Below are positions 48,020-61,239 of a stretch of DNA of 64,000 bases, piece by piece. Location: contig MU271206.1 of NCBI GenBank assembly GCA_021432655.1, positions 62,001-126,000 on the forward strand. Direction: 5' to 3'. The translations under genes and the position numbers were made by a program. The DNA comes from Atractiella rhizophila. Lineage: Eukaryota. Below the pieces are notes generated by a model. It saw only the letters and a program-made list of their open reading frames with translations. It had not been told where the DNA came from and made no database searches. How positions within the stretch are numbered: position 1 is the first letter of the stretch; each line of letters starts with the position of its first letter.

Positions 48020-51000
48020 ATGATTGGGCTACTCGCCCTCTTGCTGTCGCCAGCGGCCGCGCAGACGCCGCAAATCGACTACTCCTCCCTCGGCCTCGTC
48101 CTCCTCACCGGCTCCTACAGCGGCCTCACCTTCTCCGGCTCCTCGCTCTCCATCCCCCCGACCTCCGCCAACAGCACCTCCATCCTCTCCCGCTCCGCCG
48201 ACGGCACCCTCTCCGTCCTCGGCAGCACCAACAGCGGCGGGTCCATCTCCGTCCTCTGCGTCTCACCCGACCAGGGCACGCTCTATGTCGGCGGCAGCTT
48301 TGAGAGCGTGGACGGCGTGCAGGCGAAGAACGTGGCGAAGATGGGCATGGGCGAGACGGAGGGACGGTGGTTGGATATGGGTGGAGGACTGGGTGGAGAG
48401 GTGAAGACGATAGAGTGTTCGGATCCGGATTCCGTCTGGGCTGGAGGCAGCTTCGACGGTGGGGTCTCTGTGTTTTCGACCCAGGAAAATACTTGGTCTG
48501 CTCCTAGTTTTGGAGGGTTCAATGACGCCGTCGACTCTATTTCCCTATCCCCTGACAAAAGTTCCATTTTCTTCGGAGGCGCTTTCTCCGTCTCCTTCAC
48601 CGGCGTTCCCTCCTCTTCATCGTCCTCCTCTAGTTCGGCAACAGGATCCACCATCCCCGCCTCCCTCGGCTCCTCCTACACCCCCATCTCCCTCAACACC
48701 TCCGAATATCGAGACCCGACCGGCCCTACCACATACATATCAGGTTTCGGGAGACCACAATACGTCTTCTGTCCTGGAGACGTCGATGGACCTGGTGACA
48801 GTTGGTGGCTCGTCGATGGAGCCACAGGGTTCTTTACCGTCAGACTCTTTAGGGCTGTACAAGCTGGAGGAATACGGTTGGGAAATACTTTTATTGAGGT
48901 ATGTCGATCTTTCTTGGTTTTTCCTTTTGTGGGAGATGGGACGGGTGATGTGGTTGTTGATTTATTGACGAGATGGGAGAGGAAGGGGAACACGTTTGAA
49001 TCTCATTACCTTCCTCTCTCTTCTCTTCCGAACTCATTCTTATGTCTGACCCATGGTCTCCAAGAGGAGCCGCAGTATTGATTTTTTTCCCCCACTTTCC
49101 CTTCCTTGAGGAGGGGAGCAAGGATCGTGTTGTGTAACATCACTCTAGAAGATGAGGGATAAGAAAAGATCTTGGCTCATTTTCGATCTTCTTGGTTCCG
49201 GTTTCATTTCCTTGAAGAAGAGCAAAGGTAGCGCCAAGGCTTGTATTAAATACGCCGAAGTTAGCTGTTCTTCAGAGACATAGATGAAGGAGATCTTGGG
49301 AGCTTTGGGATGCGTGATCATGAACGAGAGAGCATACACGTTTTTGTTTCGCTCAGTTGGTGGTTGTGCATTGCGCGTTTTATATAGGAGGTGGATGGTT
49401 GGACTGTGATGCCAATTTCGCTATGCGCGAGTATTAGTGGAGTTGGGGGCTAGTTTGAGCTGAAGACTTAAGGTTCCTCTCTAAATTGAGAAGAGGGTGA
49501 TATCTCGTGAATTACCTTCATAGCATCATCTTTGTCCTCTCTCAATGCGTCAAAGTACTGCAACAGTCAATGCTCAACTTGGAACATGTATCCAGGGCCG
49601 CGGACTCAAAACCTTCCGTCTGGTCTCTATTCCCGACAACACCGTCATGAATTTGACGCATTACGTGGATCCCTCGAATCCAACAACATCTGCTCTGGCA
49701 AGCTGCACGGAATGCACGCTTGGTCACAACTCGTCCATCCAATATGAGGACTTCCTGTTCAGCGCTCCTCATCTCATGACCGGATTCCAACTCGAGCTCC
49801 TCGATCACTATGGCGCAAGTGCAGGTCTCCATCTCCTTCAACTCCTCGCCCCTGGATCCGAAGTTTACGCTGACCCGACCCTCAACAACTCGGATGAGTC
49901 CAGAGCTTGCCCTGCTACCAGTCTCGGAAACGTAGCTGGTGGAACCAGTAGCTCTACCACCAATGGCGATTGGTACACTCAGCAGGTCGTGGTCGACAAT
50001 GTCCCTGGAACTCTCGAAACCATCCTCGCTGCCGATTACTCCCTCTCTGCTAGCGCTGCCGATTCTCCTTCTGTCACTTGGAAGCCTTGGATCGCTCAAT
50101 CTGGCGCTTATGAGATTTTCCTTCGCGTTCCTGGTTGCACAAACGAGGAGACGTGTGGTAGGAGAAGCAGCGTACTCGTCACCACAGTGTCGTCCGGCGC
50201 GACCGTCGGACAGCAGGTGGTCCAGGAAGACAACCAGGATGATGCCTCTGTCCTCGTATACAATGGCACCCTCATCGCTGGCGGTACCACAGAAGTCACA
50301 CTTCGTCTTGCGGACAACGCCCTCCGACCTTCAGATGGAGGAAGCACCGCCCATTATGTCGCGGATAGGATCCAAGTCAATGCGTTGAGCAGCAACGGAA
50401 GCTCTGTTACCACTTTGGGACGCGGAGTTTGGGAATGGGTCTTGACTGGCGAGGGACAATTTGACGATGGATCCGTCGTTTCCAATGTCAACACCGAAAC
50501 TCTCGTTCAGAACGGCATCACCGGTTTCGACCGTATTGGAGGCGCAATCGCGGCTCGTGGAGAGATTAACGCTGTTCAGAGCTTGGATGGGGCTGTTGTC
50601 GTTGGTGGATCTTTCAATTATAGCAACACCACCCTTGGCATTCAGTCGGATAACTTCTTGGTCTTCATTGGAGGTGAAGATGGTGTCGTCAGCAGTCCTG
50701 GAGGGGGTCTGGATGGAAGGGTTAGGAGCTTGACTGTTTTGGATGGGTTCGTTTATGCTGTGGGAGACTTCGACGCGTCGAGCGACGGAGCTACTACCAA
50801 GATGGGAGGTGTGGGACGGTGGCAGTTCTCAGCGAAGGGTGGTGGAGCTTGGGAAGCAATTGGTAACGGCGAAGGTTTTACTGGTGCTGATGCGATTGGA
50901 GTGACGAAGTGAGCCTCTTTCCCTACACTAAGCAGTAAAGCTAAGCATGATCCAGGTTCGACAACAAAAACGTGATCGCTGTCGCTTCTACCTCCGGCTC

Positions 51001-53177
51001 TGCGCTGGGAGTTTGGGATCCTGACAAGAAAGTGTGGGGCGTTGGAACATCCCAGCCTTTCATTGTTGGCAACCTTACGTCTGTCGCTGCTCTCTCGGCT
51101 AATAATACCGACACTCTCCTCGTCGCTGGCCGTCTCACTGCAGTCTCCCAATTTTCCGCCCCATCTGGAGCTTTTCTGTCCGCTCCTGCTGATGGAGAGG
51201 ATCAGCCTACCATTGACCCTCTTCAGATTTCTTTTGACGAAGCGACGACCTCATCTCAGCGCCTGTCCTCCCGAAGCGAAGAGGCGGACGATTTGAGGGT
51301 CAGGAGTTTCGTGAAGGAGTTTGCTGGAATGTTCTTCGGAGGCAAGCGACAGGCGTCTAGCGCACCCGCGGAAGATCCTGCTTCCGTTCAGTTGCCAACC
51401 CCGCTTCCACGGTCAGGTAGTACACCAGAGATTCTCGCAGCTGCTTTCTGGGATACCAACAACGGAACACAAGTTATCATGGGTGGAAGATTTACAACTG
51501 AAGACGGCGTGGTGAACGTTGGGATATATGATCAAGATTCTGACACCCTCACCACTCTGCCCGGAAGCGAGACTATCACTGGGCGAATCAACTCCATTAT
51601 TGTCGTGAATGATGTGGCTTGGATCGGAGGAGAGTTCACCGATTCGATCAACAACCGCCAAGGTCTCGTTCTCTTTGACATGGCCAACTCCAGCTGGGCC
51701 CAAACTCTTCCTGCTCTCAAAGGCTACACCGGCGCCGATGCCATCGTCGAAGTGATCGCTGCGAGCCCGAGCAACGACAAGAAGATCGTTGTCGCTGGAA
51801 ATTTCGCAGCCGCTGGCTCACTGAACTGCTTCTCCGTTTGCCTTTGGGATCGTGAGGTTGCTCAGTGGTCTCCTTTAGCCACCGGTCTTCAAGGCACGGT
51901 CGGCAACGTGGACTTCGCTGGAAGTAACAACCAGTTCCTCTTAGCAGCAGGACAGTTTGAGCTCAACGGGACCACGGCCTACGTCGGCAAATACGACTTT
52001 GAGAGCGGTGTTTGGCTCGACATTCAAGGGTCAACGCTTCCTGGTCCTGCGACAGCCATCTCTGCCAATGACTTTGATGAGAATAACGTCTTCGTTGCTG
52101 GACAAATTCTCAACTCCGAAGACCCTTATCTGTGGAGGTGGAATGGTTCGGCCTGGTCGGATGTCAATAAAGGTATCTTGCAAACCGGGACAGGTGTCGA
52201 GCAGCTTCGATTTGTTCCTCTCAGCTCCGCCTCAGCCAAAACTCAGAGCAAAGTTGCCAAAGAGGAGGGGTCGACTGCAGTTCAGAGTGACAGAATGCTC
52301 GTGGTGTCTGGAGCATTAACCATGAATGATACTAGCGTTTCGACTGCGCTCTTCGATGGTCTCGTGTTTTATCCTTATCTCACCGCCGTCGCCTCTGGTG
52401 GAGCTGCTGGCGTCGTTAATGGTCTTATGTTTTCCGCCTCCAAATTCAAGCTCTTTGACAGCCGTAAGCATTCAGTTTAAGTGTAAACAACATATTAATT
52501 CGGGTGCAGACTTTTTGTCGGTTGGTATCGTCATTCTCATCTCCATCGCGATCTCGCTCGGAATTGTCTTCTTCCTTGTCTTGTTGGGTCTTCTTGTGGC
52601 CCTCTGCAACCGTCGGGAAGAGCCGTCCTCCTACCCCATCGCTCCCATTCGGGCAGACGAGGACATTAACAACGCTCATCAGCGACCAACTTCCCTTCTC
52701 GCTGCTATCAACGCCGCAACAGCCCAAGTCGTATCTGAGAAGAAAGATGCGAAGCCACAAGCGGCTGCATACGCTGGCAGCGAAAACGACCACACTCAGG
52801 AGTCGACATTCCCTCCTGCCGCACATTCGGCTGGGCTCGCACTCGGTGGTGCAGCTGTCGGCGTTGGAGTTGAGAGTGAAGAGGGCCAGGATGGGCCTAG
52901 AATTGCGAGGGCTAGATATTCCTTCCATGCTGAAAACAATGGTATGAACGCGCTTCCTCATGCCTGCATAAATATTGAAGTTGATTGTCTGTTCCAGATG
53001 AAATCGATGTAGGAGAAGGGGAAGACCTTGTCGTCCTTGACAGTTCCCATGATATTTGGTGGTTCGTTCAGTCCGCACACGATCCCAACCGTAGAGGTGT
53101 TATCCCAGCTTCGTGCGTCTTGTCATTTTCACTTCCCCTTCACCTTGCTAACAATGCCTTGCAGGTATGTTTTCTGA
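48020..53177 (+). CDS. RAX2: Cell polarity protein Rax2 (signal peptide, beta-propeller ectodomain, TM helix, SH3)
   Basis: PQIDYSSLGLVLLTGSYSGL; LYVGGSF; IRLGNTFIEGRG; YGASAGLHLLQL; VAGNFAAAGSLNC; VGIVILISIAISLG transmembrane helix; ARARYSF...WWFV...GVIPASYVF SH3. Confidence 0.92.
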
Positions 53178-53569
53178 GCCAAGCAAGATCACTACAGGTA
53201 TCCATACCGCAGCACAAATTCCCTGTCTTAATTCTCCTCCAAAAGATACCCTGAGTCGATACTCCCCACTTTTGTGTGCTATATTATCTACTTCTACCCG
53301 CTCTTCTACCAGTGCATCGACCTTCGCCTTCGCAGGCTGAAGGATTGAGGTGTCAATGATTGCATAGTGATCCGTCCATTTTGTTTAACCTTCTTGTGTC
53401 TTTTCGACCTTTCATCATCTACTTTCTATCTATTTCTGTTTCTTTTTCCATTTTTCAGTAGTTGATCTTTCCGCCGTCGGGTGTAAAATTCCTTGAGATT
53501 GAGGATTGAATTGAACATAACAAGGAGCGAAACAACATGTGTGGTCAGTGCCCATGCGCACATCAGCTA

Positions 53570-56251
53570 TCATTCTAAGGATGCGCCTTCTACTCTCCTA
53601 TTCAACAGGCTCTCACCAACCAGCTCCAGCCCTTTTTGAAGTGTATCCTTCACAGCTGCCTCCTCTGTCTGCACTTCGCCCAACCTTGTCTTAGCCTTCT
53701 CGACGAGGTTAACATCCTCTGTGTTGGATACTAGAGCAGCCATCTCCTGAAGCGCTTGCAACGATTGTAGGTATTTCTCTGTTGTAGACAAGAGACGTGA
53801 GAATCGCGTTCTGGTATTGAGAGAAGAAGGAAACTATGACTTACTCCGACGAAGATTGAGCTCGAATGTCATCTCCCACGTCTCTATGCGCTTCGAACAA
53901 CTCTTTTGTAAACGTTTAACAAGCCCCAATAGATTGTCGGGTAGCGATGCAGCTTCAGTGCTTGTTCCATTTGTTCCGTTCGTGCCTGCTAGAAAGCTTC
54001 GATTTTACGCGGAAAGTTGAAGCAAAATTGCAAACCGTTAGTTTTGTGCCCATCCGCCCCATCGTATACATTCAATGATGCCTAGATCTCTCGTGAAAAT
54101 GACATCTACAGGATGCGCGGAATCATACGCGAACAAGGCCTCGAATGGCATTGAAATGTTCTTCTACCTTGAAAATATCGTTCTCATATCTAACCAAGCT
54201 ATTACACATATTTTAGTGTCAGCATTGGCTTCATAGGTGAGAAATGAAAGGACTTGCTCGACATAAGTATTAAGCGTCCCCTTCCTGAGACAATACTGAT
54301 GAAAGTCGAGTTGATCCTCCCAAATATCCTGGTAGATCTTGACTATCCGATTCCACTCCTTAACTGCATTATCAAACTCTCCTTTTCTCTCGAAATAAGC
54401 AGCCTCCTCCTTCAACCACCAAATGGCCTGCATATCCCTCAAATCCTCAATTGTATCCGCATCCTTCCTGGTAAACTCCTTGACGACCTCGATGGCATCT
54501 TCCCTTCTCCCCGCCCTCAGAAGGTACTTCCCTGCCTTCGTGTTCAAGAACCGATCTTGGTGATCCAGCTCCCGCGCTTGAACCATCACTTCTGCGGCAA
54601 GGGCGGGGTTGTTGCAGTGTTTGAGTACGCGCGCCTTTGCGAGGTAGAGGTCTGGGAGACAGGGTGTGTGTCCTAGAGCGATCTCGAGGAGCTTGAGTGC
54701 CCTCAGAGGTTGCGAGGTCGGATGGTAGAGGTAAAGATGGGCAAGGAGGTGAAGTGTCCACACGTACGCCATCGGGTCTTCGTCATAAGCTGTCTTCTCG
54801 TACGTTGTGCGGAGAGACTCAACAGAGGATAAAATGGAGGACTGCTTCGATGGATCGGAAAGGAGAGGTTTTAAGGAGGGAAATAGTGAGGGAATGCCTT
54901 TTGTGAGACCGTTTTGGAGATAGGAGGTTACTCGGACAATGAAGTCATCGCCTGGCGAATAATGTAAGGTAATGATATTTCGAAGCGTAGAAGTAGAGAT
55001 ACGAACCTTCAGATAGATCAAGAGCCATCCGCTTAATAAGTAAGGTCTTTGGGAACTTCGTTGCTAGCTCATCCAAACATTCCAGGGTTGCCTTCTTCGA
55101 CTCTCCCTCTAGAGGATCTGTTCAACCTGTTAGTTTACCGGTCTGTTTACAAAAGGAGAAATGATCACTTTGTGTCTTCGTTTTTGCAGTCAGATATCCC
55201 AGTATATAATCTCGCGAATCTGCATTTTCTTCCAAGAGCATACTCCAAGCCCATTCCGCCGACTCATACCTCTGAAGTTTATTGAGCAGCTTCGCTCGTG
55301 TTGCCTACGCCATTTATTAGATCAGCTTGCAATGTTCCCCTCCTCTGCTAGCGAACTGCAGACCTGATAAGCTCTCCGGTCCTTGATCCCATCTCCGAAC
55401 TCTTCTAAAGCCTCCAAAGCTTTCCCATACTCCTCCCTCTCCTCCAATATCCTTTCGAGATAGAGAACCACTTCTCCGAACTCGTAATCCGCCTTCTCCA
55501 TCTCATCCGGCGGCCTTAAGAACTCAAGTATTTGCCGCAAATGTTGTTCCGCTTCGCTCAAACGTCCCGCCAGGTGAAAGGCCACTCCAACAGCTAGCCA
55601 GTGACGCTTTAGCTTAGGGAAGAGACGCAACAGTTGTAGGCGCGTGTCTAAATGACCTTCGTAGGCACGGGTGTGAATTTGGAGCATGGCGAGATCAGAA
55701 AGGATGTTTAAAGAGTCCTTCCCGAAGTTGATTCCGCATATTAGCTGTTTATCCATTGCAAAAGGGAGGAAGACGGAGACCCACCTTATCCAGTCGAGAC
55801 GCCTGTAGGTAGCACTTGAGCGCCTGATCGTATTCCCTCTCCGCTCGACAGACGAGGCCATAGACGTGCCAGCAGATGTGCGACTTGAAATCCAACCGTA
55901 CGCCTTTCTTTACAAGGTCTAACCCCTCTGTTTTCTGGTCCGTATTACAGAGAAAGAGGCCGCGCATGCATAACGTCTCTGCGCGTCACGAATTGCGTCA
56001 ACACTGAACGTGGAGGTATCAAAGAAAGCAAACGGACCTCCATGATCTGGGTACTTTTTTAGGATGTCAGCCGTAGTTTTCAGACCCTTCTTAAACTGCT
56101 TTGTTTCGTAATATTGCTGCGACAGTTGCAAAGTGATGAGTATTCGAAGGAGGAAAGAGAAAGGAAAGAGTACGAGGACTTGCTTAAAGAGAGCAGCCTC
56201 TTTGGGAGCTAGCGCTCGAGGGTCCGCGATCGCATTTGGCTTGGGTGGCAT
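53570..56251 (-). CDS. NAT1: N-terminal acetyltransferase A auxiliary subunit (Naa15), apparently shortened
   Basis: KEAALFKQVLQYYETKQFKKGLKTTADILKKYPDHGE...SHICWHVYGL...KGIPSLF...HTPCLPDLYLAKARVLKH...DRFLNTK...EDQLDFHQYCLRK. Confidence 0.93.
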
Positions 56252-56393
56252 CGGGATGTTGGGTGGGAAATTAAGCAGACGCTGGAGTGCGAGAGACTAC
56301 GGAGAATGCTTGCTTGATGAAGGATGTTCACGTTGGAAAATGTTCTTTCGCTCTTTTTGATGCCGAAATGAATCCAGCCTTCTCGCCAAAGTG

Positions 56394-56401
56394 CACGTGA
56401 C
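56394..56401. promoter_or_regulatory. E-box CACGTGAC
   Basis: GTCACGTG on the minus strand about 145 bp upstream of the NAT1 ATG. Confidence 0.4.
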
Positions 56402-57233
56402 ATGACCAACCGTTCTTATTTTTGTTCTCGATCTGTCCTCGTCCAAACAAGGATTTATTGCCGTTGCATTTTCTTTGCGCTCTTTAATATCGATTTTCTG
56501 TAGCCTAGATGACACCTGGGGCTCTACCATATGGAGCTCTCCACTTCCCATCTCATCATCTCAATGGCTCCTCAATGACTGGATCGTGATGCCGTTTGTG
56601 GCCAAGAGAGGAAGGTCAGCAAATATGGGTCTGGGAGAAAGTTCGTTCTCCCATCGTGCGTTCTTGCTCAACTTCTACTTCAGCATGTTCCATGTCGGTC
56701 TTTCGTTCGAATATTCATTCATTAATAACGCTATCCAATCTAACTTGAAATTTCTCAATTAAAGGTTGTCCCTTTATGTGTTTGGACTAATTATTACCTA
56801 CTATATCATAGAACCAGACAGAAGCGGAAATGTTTCCTGATGCTGCTTTACGATGCAGAAGTCATTCTACCTTGCCAGTTGAATCGAAGAAAGTTTGGAA
56901 TGCTGGCCCAATTAGCTCGAGGCTGAGGCTGCGAACTGTTATTATCATGGACGCGTCCTCACTGTCCTCGACTCCAAAGCGAAGCAGCAAGAAATAGTCT
57001 TCGCCATTTAGTTTTCCTATCTCTGTCTCCTCTTCGCGAGCTGAAGAAACTTCCCTGATACCAAAGGAGATACCAAGCACAAACGCTCTTACGAAATGAG
57101 ATACAGGATCTTGACGTTAGATAACCAAATACATCTTTTTCTATCGTGACGACACCTTAAGAATTACATGTGTGCCCAGATTACCAGATGCAAACTTGGT
57201 TGGAGACAACTTTCAATTCTCTTTATACCCTCC

Positions 57234-58494
57234 TCAAGGGGCATTCTTCCGAAAATTAATCAGCATTGACCGTTGTTTAAGTCAAGAGTCAAGAAAGACT
57301 TACCACAGGATTCCAAGAAATCGCACCTCTAGCTCCCTCATCCAAGGCGTCCAACTCTTCCATGTCATCCTTGGACAACTCGAAATCAAAAACATCCGCA
57401 TTTTCCTCTATGTGAAATATGTCAGCACGATGATGTTTGAGGGTTATATAACAGAGATAGTGTGCATACTGATTCGAGATGCTTGGCTACTCTTAGGAAG
57501 TGGGTTCAGGTCATGTTGCAGACACCAGCGGATGAGGATCTGAGCTGGCGTCTTATTGTGCTACATGTCCCATAAATATAGATCGACAAGTCAAAAGAGA
57601 GCGACGTACGCGCTCCGCCACCTTTCGCAGTGTAGGATCAGACATCTTATGCCCTCTCACGAGCGGACAATAAGCTAAATGCCGTCAATGTTACGTCTTT
57701 TAAAAGTGGGAGCATTACCAACCTTGAACCAATATTCCCTCTTTGTCACAAAACTCCCTGATCTCTCTCTGTTGACACCAGGGGTGGACCTCTATTTGAT
57801 TGATTGCAGGTCTTATTTTCGGGTTAGAAGCCAGAAGTTGCTGAAGGTGCGCGACGCCGAAATTGCTCACACCGATACTCTTGACGTATCCCTTCTCCAC
57901 CGCCTTCTCAAGCCCTTTCCAAGCTTCAATTCGACCTTTGGAGCCTGCGTTAGGGTCGTGCAAGAGGTAGAGGTCGAAATATTCCCACTTGAAATTGGAT
58001 AGAGAAGATTCGACGACCTTGACGATGGCGGAGGAAATTGAAGAAGAGGAGGAATAGTCGTAGGACATCACTTTGGAGGTGCAGAAAATTTCATCGCGAG
58101 GAATGCCGCTGCCGAGATCAGTTAAGCATGTCAAACATGACAAAAGGAAAGCCTCGCGCACCTTTGGTGCACAGCGGCTCCCATCTCACCTTCATTGTGG
58201 TAATATCTGGCGCTATCTATGTGCCTGTACCCGAGTTTGAAGGATTCAAGGGCTGGAGCAGCGTCTGGCGTCCTGAAGAAGCCGAGTCCTGTGAGAATAC
58301 GCATATGGAAGCATAATTAGCTGTGAAATATTCAAGGTAACACTCAGGGATCTACATCGATCATGGGTGATGGGTGTAGCAAAACCAGATATGAATCAAC
58401 GAGAAAACGTACCCAAGGCGGGAATAGAGTGGCCAGAGGACAGTGTGAAAACTGATGTAATGGAGAGCGGTTTCGAGAGCTTCAAGGATGCCAT
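57234..58494 (-). CDS. Cytosolic aldo-keto reductase (2,5-DKG reductase/YJR096W-like)
   Basis: TLSSGHSIPALG...GYRHIDSARYYHNE...IFCTSK...DLYLLHDP...SIGVSNFG...NQIEVHPW...AYCPLVRG...QILIRWCLQ..PLPKS. Confidence 0.92.
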
Positions 58495-58827
58495 TTGAAT
58501 TTCGATGTGTTCGAGTTCGAGCAACTGTGAGTCAACCAGGCAATTGTGAACGATGATATCAATGTAAATTCTGAAGTCCCTTCAGGCTTGCGAACTCCGC
58601 ACGCATTTATAGAGCTTCCTCCACACTCCACATGGCAGTGGCTCCACTGAGCTCCGAAACAATGAGTTCGGCGAATCAGCCATTACAAATCGATTGAGCG
58701 GTTATCGAGTGATGTATGCCAACAAGTTGGATGATAGGATTGAGAAAACCATTCAGATTCATTCATTGGGGGTTTTCTCGATCAGCATTTTATACATACA
58801 ACTAGGAAACGTAAAGTAAAACTAAAG

Positions 58828-59682
58828 TTAGAAGAGCTTATACCAATCACCATCGACGAACACGGCTAAGAAGTCACATCGATTGTCTGCATAGCTGTCT
58901 CTAGGACAGATAGCCATCTTGACAGCTTTATCTCTGGGGACTGAAAATGGGCGATTACGCAAGTTGAAGCGCCGATTTTTGTAGGAATCGGTTGCAATGT
59001 CCTTCTGTAGAGCAGGGGAGGCACGCCAACCCCCACCAAGAGGATAATCTGTACAGTTGCACCTGAATGGAAGAAGTCCTTCATAGTCTTCAAAATACAG
59101 GAAATTCTTGGAACCGTCTGGTGTTCTGTCCCATAGGCAATGTTCACATCTTGAGTAAGGTCTTCCAGCGTTGCCTTTGTCGTTAGAAGAAAGGGCTCCG
59201 CCAAAACATATGTTCGTTCCCTTGCAACGATAACAGAATCGTGTCCTCTCGAGAGATTCAGGTTTGATCTGTGTTACTGCAATCTCATTTTGATCTAGAA
59301 AGTAGGCAGTAAGTAAAGTATTTGAGCGGTGTAAGGGACATTTTCTACCTTTGACACCCAACCTAATCATACCGTTGATTAGGTCGGCGATCTCTGCTGG
59401 TTGCGACTCTGGCGTCTTGGCTTGAGTGAAAGAAAGAAGTTAGTCAGTAGTAGCATGGACAAGAAATTTACCTATTGTTACAGGAGCTTTCACGGGATGA
59501 CTTTTCTCTAGGGAAGCAGAATCTAGAATATTCGTCATTAATTGAAGGGTGGTGAGAAGAGAAGCTACCGCTGGTTCTCACTGTTCTTGAAAAAACCGGT
59601 GTCTCTATCCTCAGAAGCTGAATGTTTGAGCAATTGATCTGAAGAAATGCTTACTTTCAGACACTTTCAACGGTGTCGACAT
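58828..59682 (-). CDS. Small GRF-type zinc-finger-like protein
   Basis: Short 5' exons, then CYRC...GNAGRPYSRCEHC...FLYFED...CNC...CPRD...CDF. Confidence 0.55.
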
Positions 59683-61239
59683 GGTGCCAGTAGCGTAGAC
59701 GATCAATGGAGATCAACTTCGAAGAGCTCTTTCGTGCGAGTGGGATGCTATACAGCCTGAGTTGATGGGAAAGGGAAGAAGCAAGGCAAGCTCGCTTGCC
59801 ATAAATACGTGGTTGACAGGGTTAACAGATGGCAGGTCAGAAGCTTGAGGACCCTATGACCTAGACGGACCTGTCAGGACTGTTGTCAGGACTGATGTCA
59901 AGATAGGTAGAGATCTGGGCAAATCATACCGAAATCACCATCGAACTTTCGATATTCGATATCCAACGTATTCAACCTTCAAAGCTTCAACCTTCAACGT
60001 CCAATCAATGTTCTTCGCCCTTCTAGATCCTCCTGCACCCGCACAAATAATGAAAACCATCCATTCGACGTGTAACAATGCTTCGAGCCTAATTTAACCT
60101 AAGTTGAGGAGGCTCGAATGCCGCAACGATGTGTCGGTCAAGTCGTTCGCGTTGCGCCATTTTCGCTTTCAGCTTTCTGCAATTGCTGGTCACCATTGTT
60201 TTGCACCTTCTCCCGACGAGAGGAAAGACGCACATTATCAGTTCCCCTTGTCGAAAAAGGCAGCTAATACCGTCACACCAGATGGATGTCTTCTCAGACG
60301 CGGCTATTGAGTGTGGAAGTCGACTGCGAGTCTCTGAACCCTCTCTGAGGGCAGAGTAAAATGATCGTGGAACCTGTTGATTCTTCGGGGCACGATGGCT
60401 CTGGCGCCATGACCCCAAAGGCCGAAAAGCCCCACGTTCCTTCACGTCCCATTTTTCATGGATGAGGCAGGTGTCCTTCTGTGCTGTTCCATGATGTTTA
60501 CTGTTTGTCACCTTCCCATCTTTTGATCACCAATGGCCTTCGCGCTAACGCCGCTGAGGAATGTCAGTCCTTCGTCATGCGTCGAGAGTACGACGCAGAA
60601 AGACTTCTCAAAGGATGGAATCTTGATGTCCTGAAGGAATGGGACCTACCCCGCGGCATACCCAACTATTTACGACGTCTTCCACACTTTCCCAGTCCCC
60701 TTCAGGCCGGACTACCACTATGGGTTCTCTCATATCCAATTTTGATCAAATCGACAACAGATTTACTTTCTGTCTAAATTGGATCAAATACCGTGCTACG
60801 AAGGGAATTCATGGCTTCGGAGTCCTCGGGATCGATCAGGATTCTTTCATCTCTCTCAAATTCCTCCGGGTCCCATCAGAATTGATCAAAGGATGACGAC
60901 GTCCTAGCCTCGATTCAGTTGTTATCTTGCCTTTATGTTGCAGTTCCTGTGCCCGAGAGTTTTGAGTTTTGTTTGAAAAGGTGTCCAGATGCAGTTTAGG
61001 TTGTGCGCTCCACTTCCTTCAAATGATGCTTCGAAATATAAAAGGGTGACATTCTCAGTGATCCCCCATGATCTGACAACTGCTCCTGTTTACAAGACAT
61101 TGAGAAAGCCATGAGGTGAAAAAAATTCACTATCTTCCTCTGGCTTACATGGTACGTTATTCCCTTCTTTTTTGACTTCCTCATAAAATCCATATGCATT
61201 TCAGTATTAAACAACAACCCAAAGCACTGCTTTACAAAG

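Noticed and set aside
59871..59903. Three TGTCAGGAC-like direct repeats (and GATGCGGGAAT twice at 62940-62962)
   Set aside because: Too short to separate from slippage; no supporting context.
60008..60896. Protein-like plus-strand fragments
   Set aside because: Frames are broken by stops and shifts and no family is recognisable; possibly a relic but unsupported.
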